A stretch of DNA of 59,830 nucleotides from Solirubrobacterales bacterium. GTDB taxonomy: Bacteria > Actinomycetota > Thermoleophilia > Solirubrobacterales > 70-9. The notes under the pieces were generated by a model. It saw nothing but the letters and a program-made list of their open reading frames with translations. It was not told the DNA's origin and ran no database searches. How positions within the stretch are numbered: position 1 is the first letter of the stretch; the number at the start of each line of letters is the position of its first letter. Positions 59,698-59,830 of this stretch are shown one piece after another. Position numbers and translations under genes: made by a program. The stretch lies in assembly GCA_035267205.1 (NCBI GenBank), contig DATFLZ010000176.1, positions 1 through 59,830 on the forward strand, read 5' to 3'.

Positions 59698-59830
59698 ATG
59701 GACGCTACGCCCGTGGACACGAGTCGGGCACGGTACGAGGAGGAGCGCCGCGCCGGCACTCGTACGGCCGTGATCGTGGGCGGCGTCGTCGCGGTGATCG
59801 GGCTGCCGCTCTGGTCCGTGTTCGACCACC
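59698..59830 (+). CDS. 5' fragment of a hypothetical membrane-anchored protein; continues beyond the window
   Basis: ATG at 59698 opens a frame to the window end (MDATPVDTSRARYEEERRAGTRTAVIVGGVVAVIGLPLWSVFDH). Only 44 codons are visible. Confidence 0.3.
   Translation, partial: MDATPVDTSRARYEEERRAGTRTAVIVGGVVAVIGLPLWSVFDH

Overview
This is a high-GC (about 70%) chromosomal segment with an Actinomycetota-like gene content. It is densely packed with core and lipid-metabolism genes. I found no rRNA, tRNA, CRISPR array, transposase, integrase or low-GC island. In order, the window contains: (1) a putrescine/polyamine uptake and catabolism supercluster at 3.4-16.1 kb, made of an ABC importer with two near-duplicate binding proteins, an aldehyde dehydrogenase, a divergent class-III aminotransferase, a PucR regulator, alanine dehydrogenase and succinate-semialdehyde dehydrogenase; (2) AzlCD and an NlpC/P60 hydrolase preceded by a ydaO-type c-di-AMP riboswitch; (3) TCA genes, namely aconitase, citrate synthase and a giant Kgd/OdhA-like 2-oxoglutarate dehydrogenase that keeps two lipoyl domains; (4) photolyase; (5) a lipid block with an AcrA1-like fatty acyl-CoA reductase, an alkyl-DHAP-synthase-like flavoenzyme and acyl-CoA dehydrogenase pairs; (6) a split ACAD10/11-like module (HAD, kinase, crotonase, ACAD); (7) a sirA-cysH-sat-cysC sulfate assimilation operon. 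I did not find a clear-cut new system such as a defence island. The items most worth follow-up are the complete E2o-E1o fusion, the disaggregated 4-hydroxyacid-type module, the candidate fatty-alcohol/ether-lipid neighbourhood, and two abnormally long, structured gaps between convergent genes. Many long ORFs in the track are shadow ORFs typical of high-GC DNA and were rejected. All start sites were inferred by eye from RBS and homology logic and remain uncertain.
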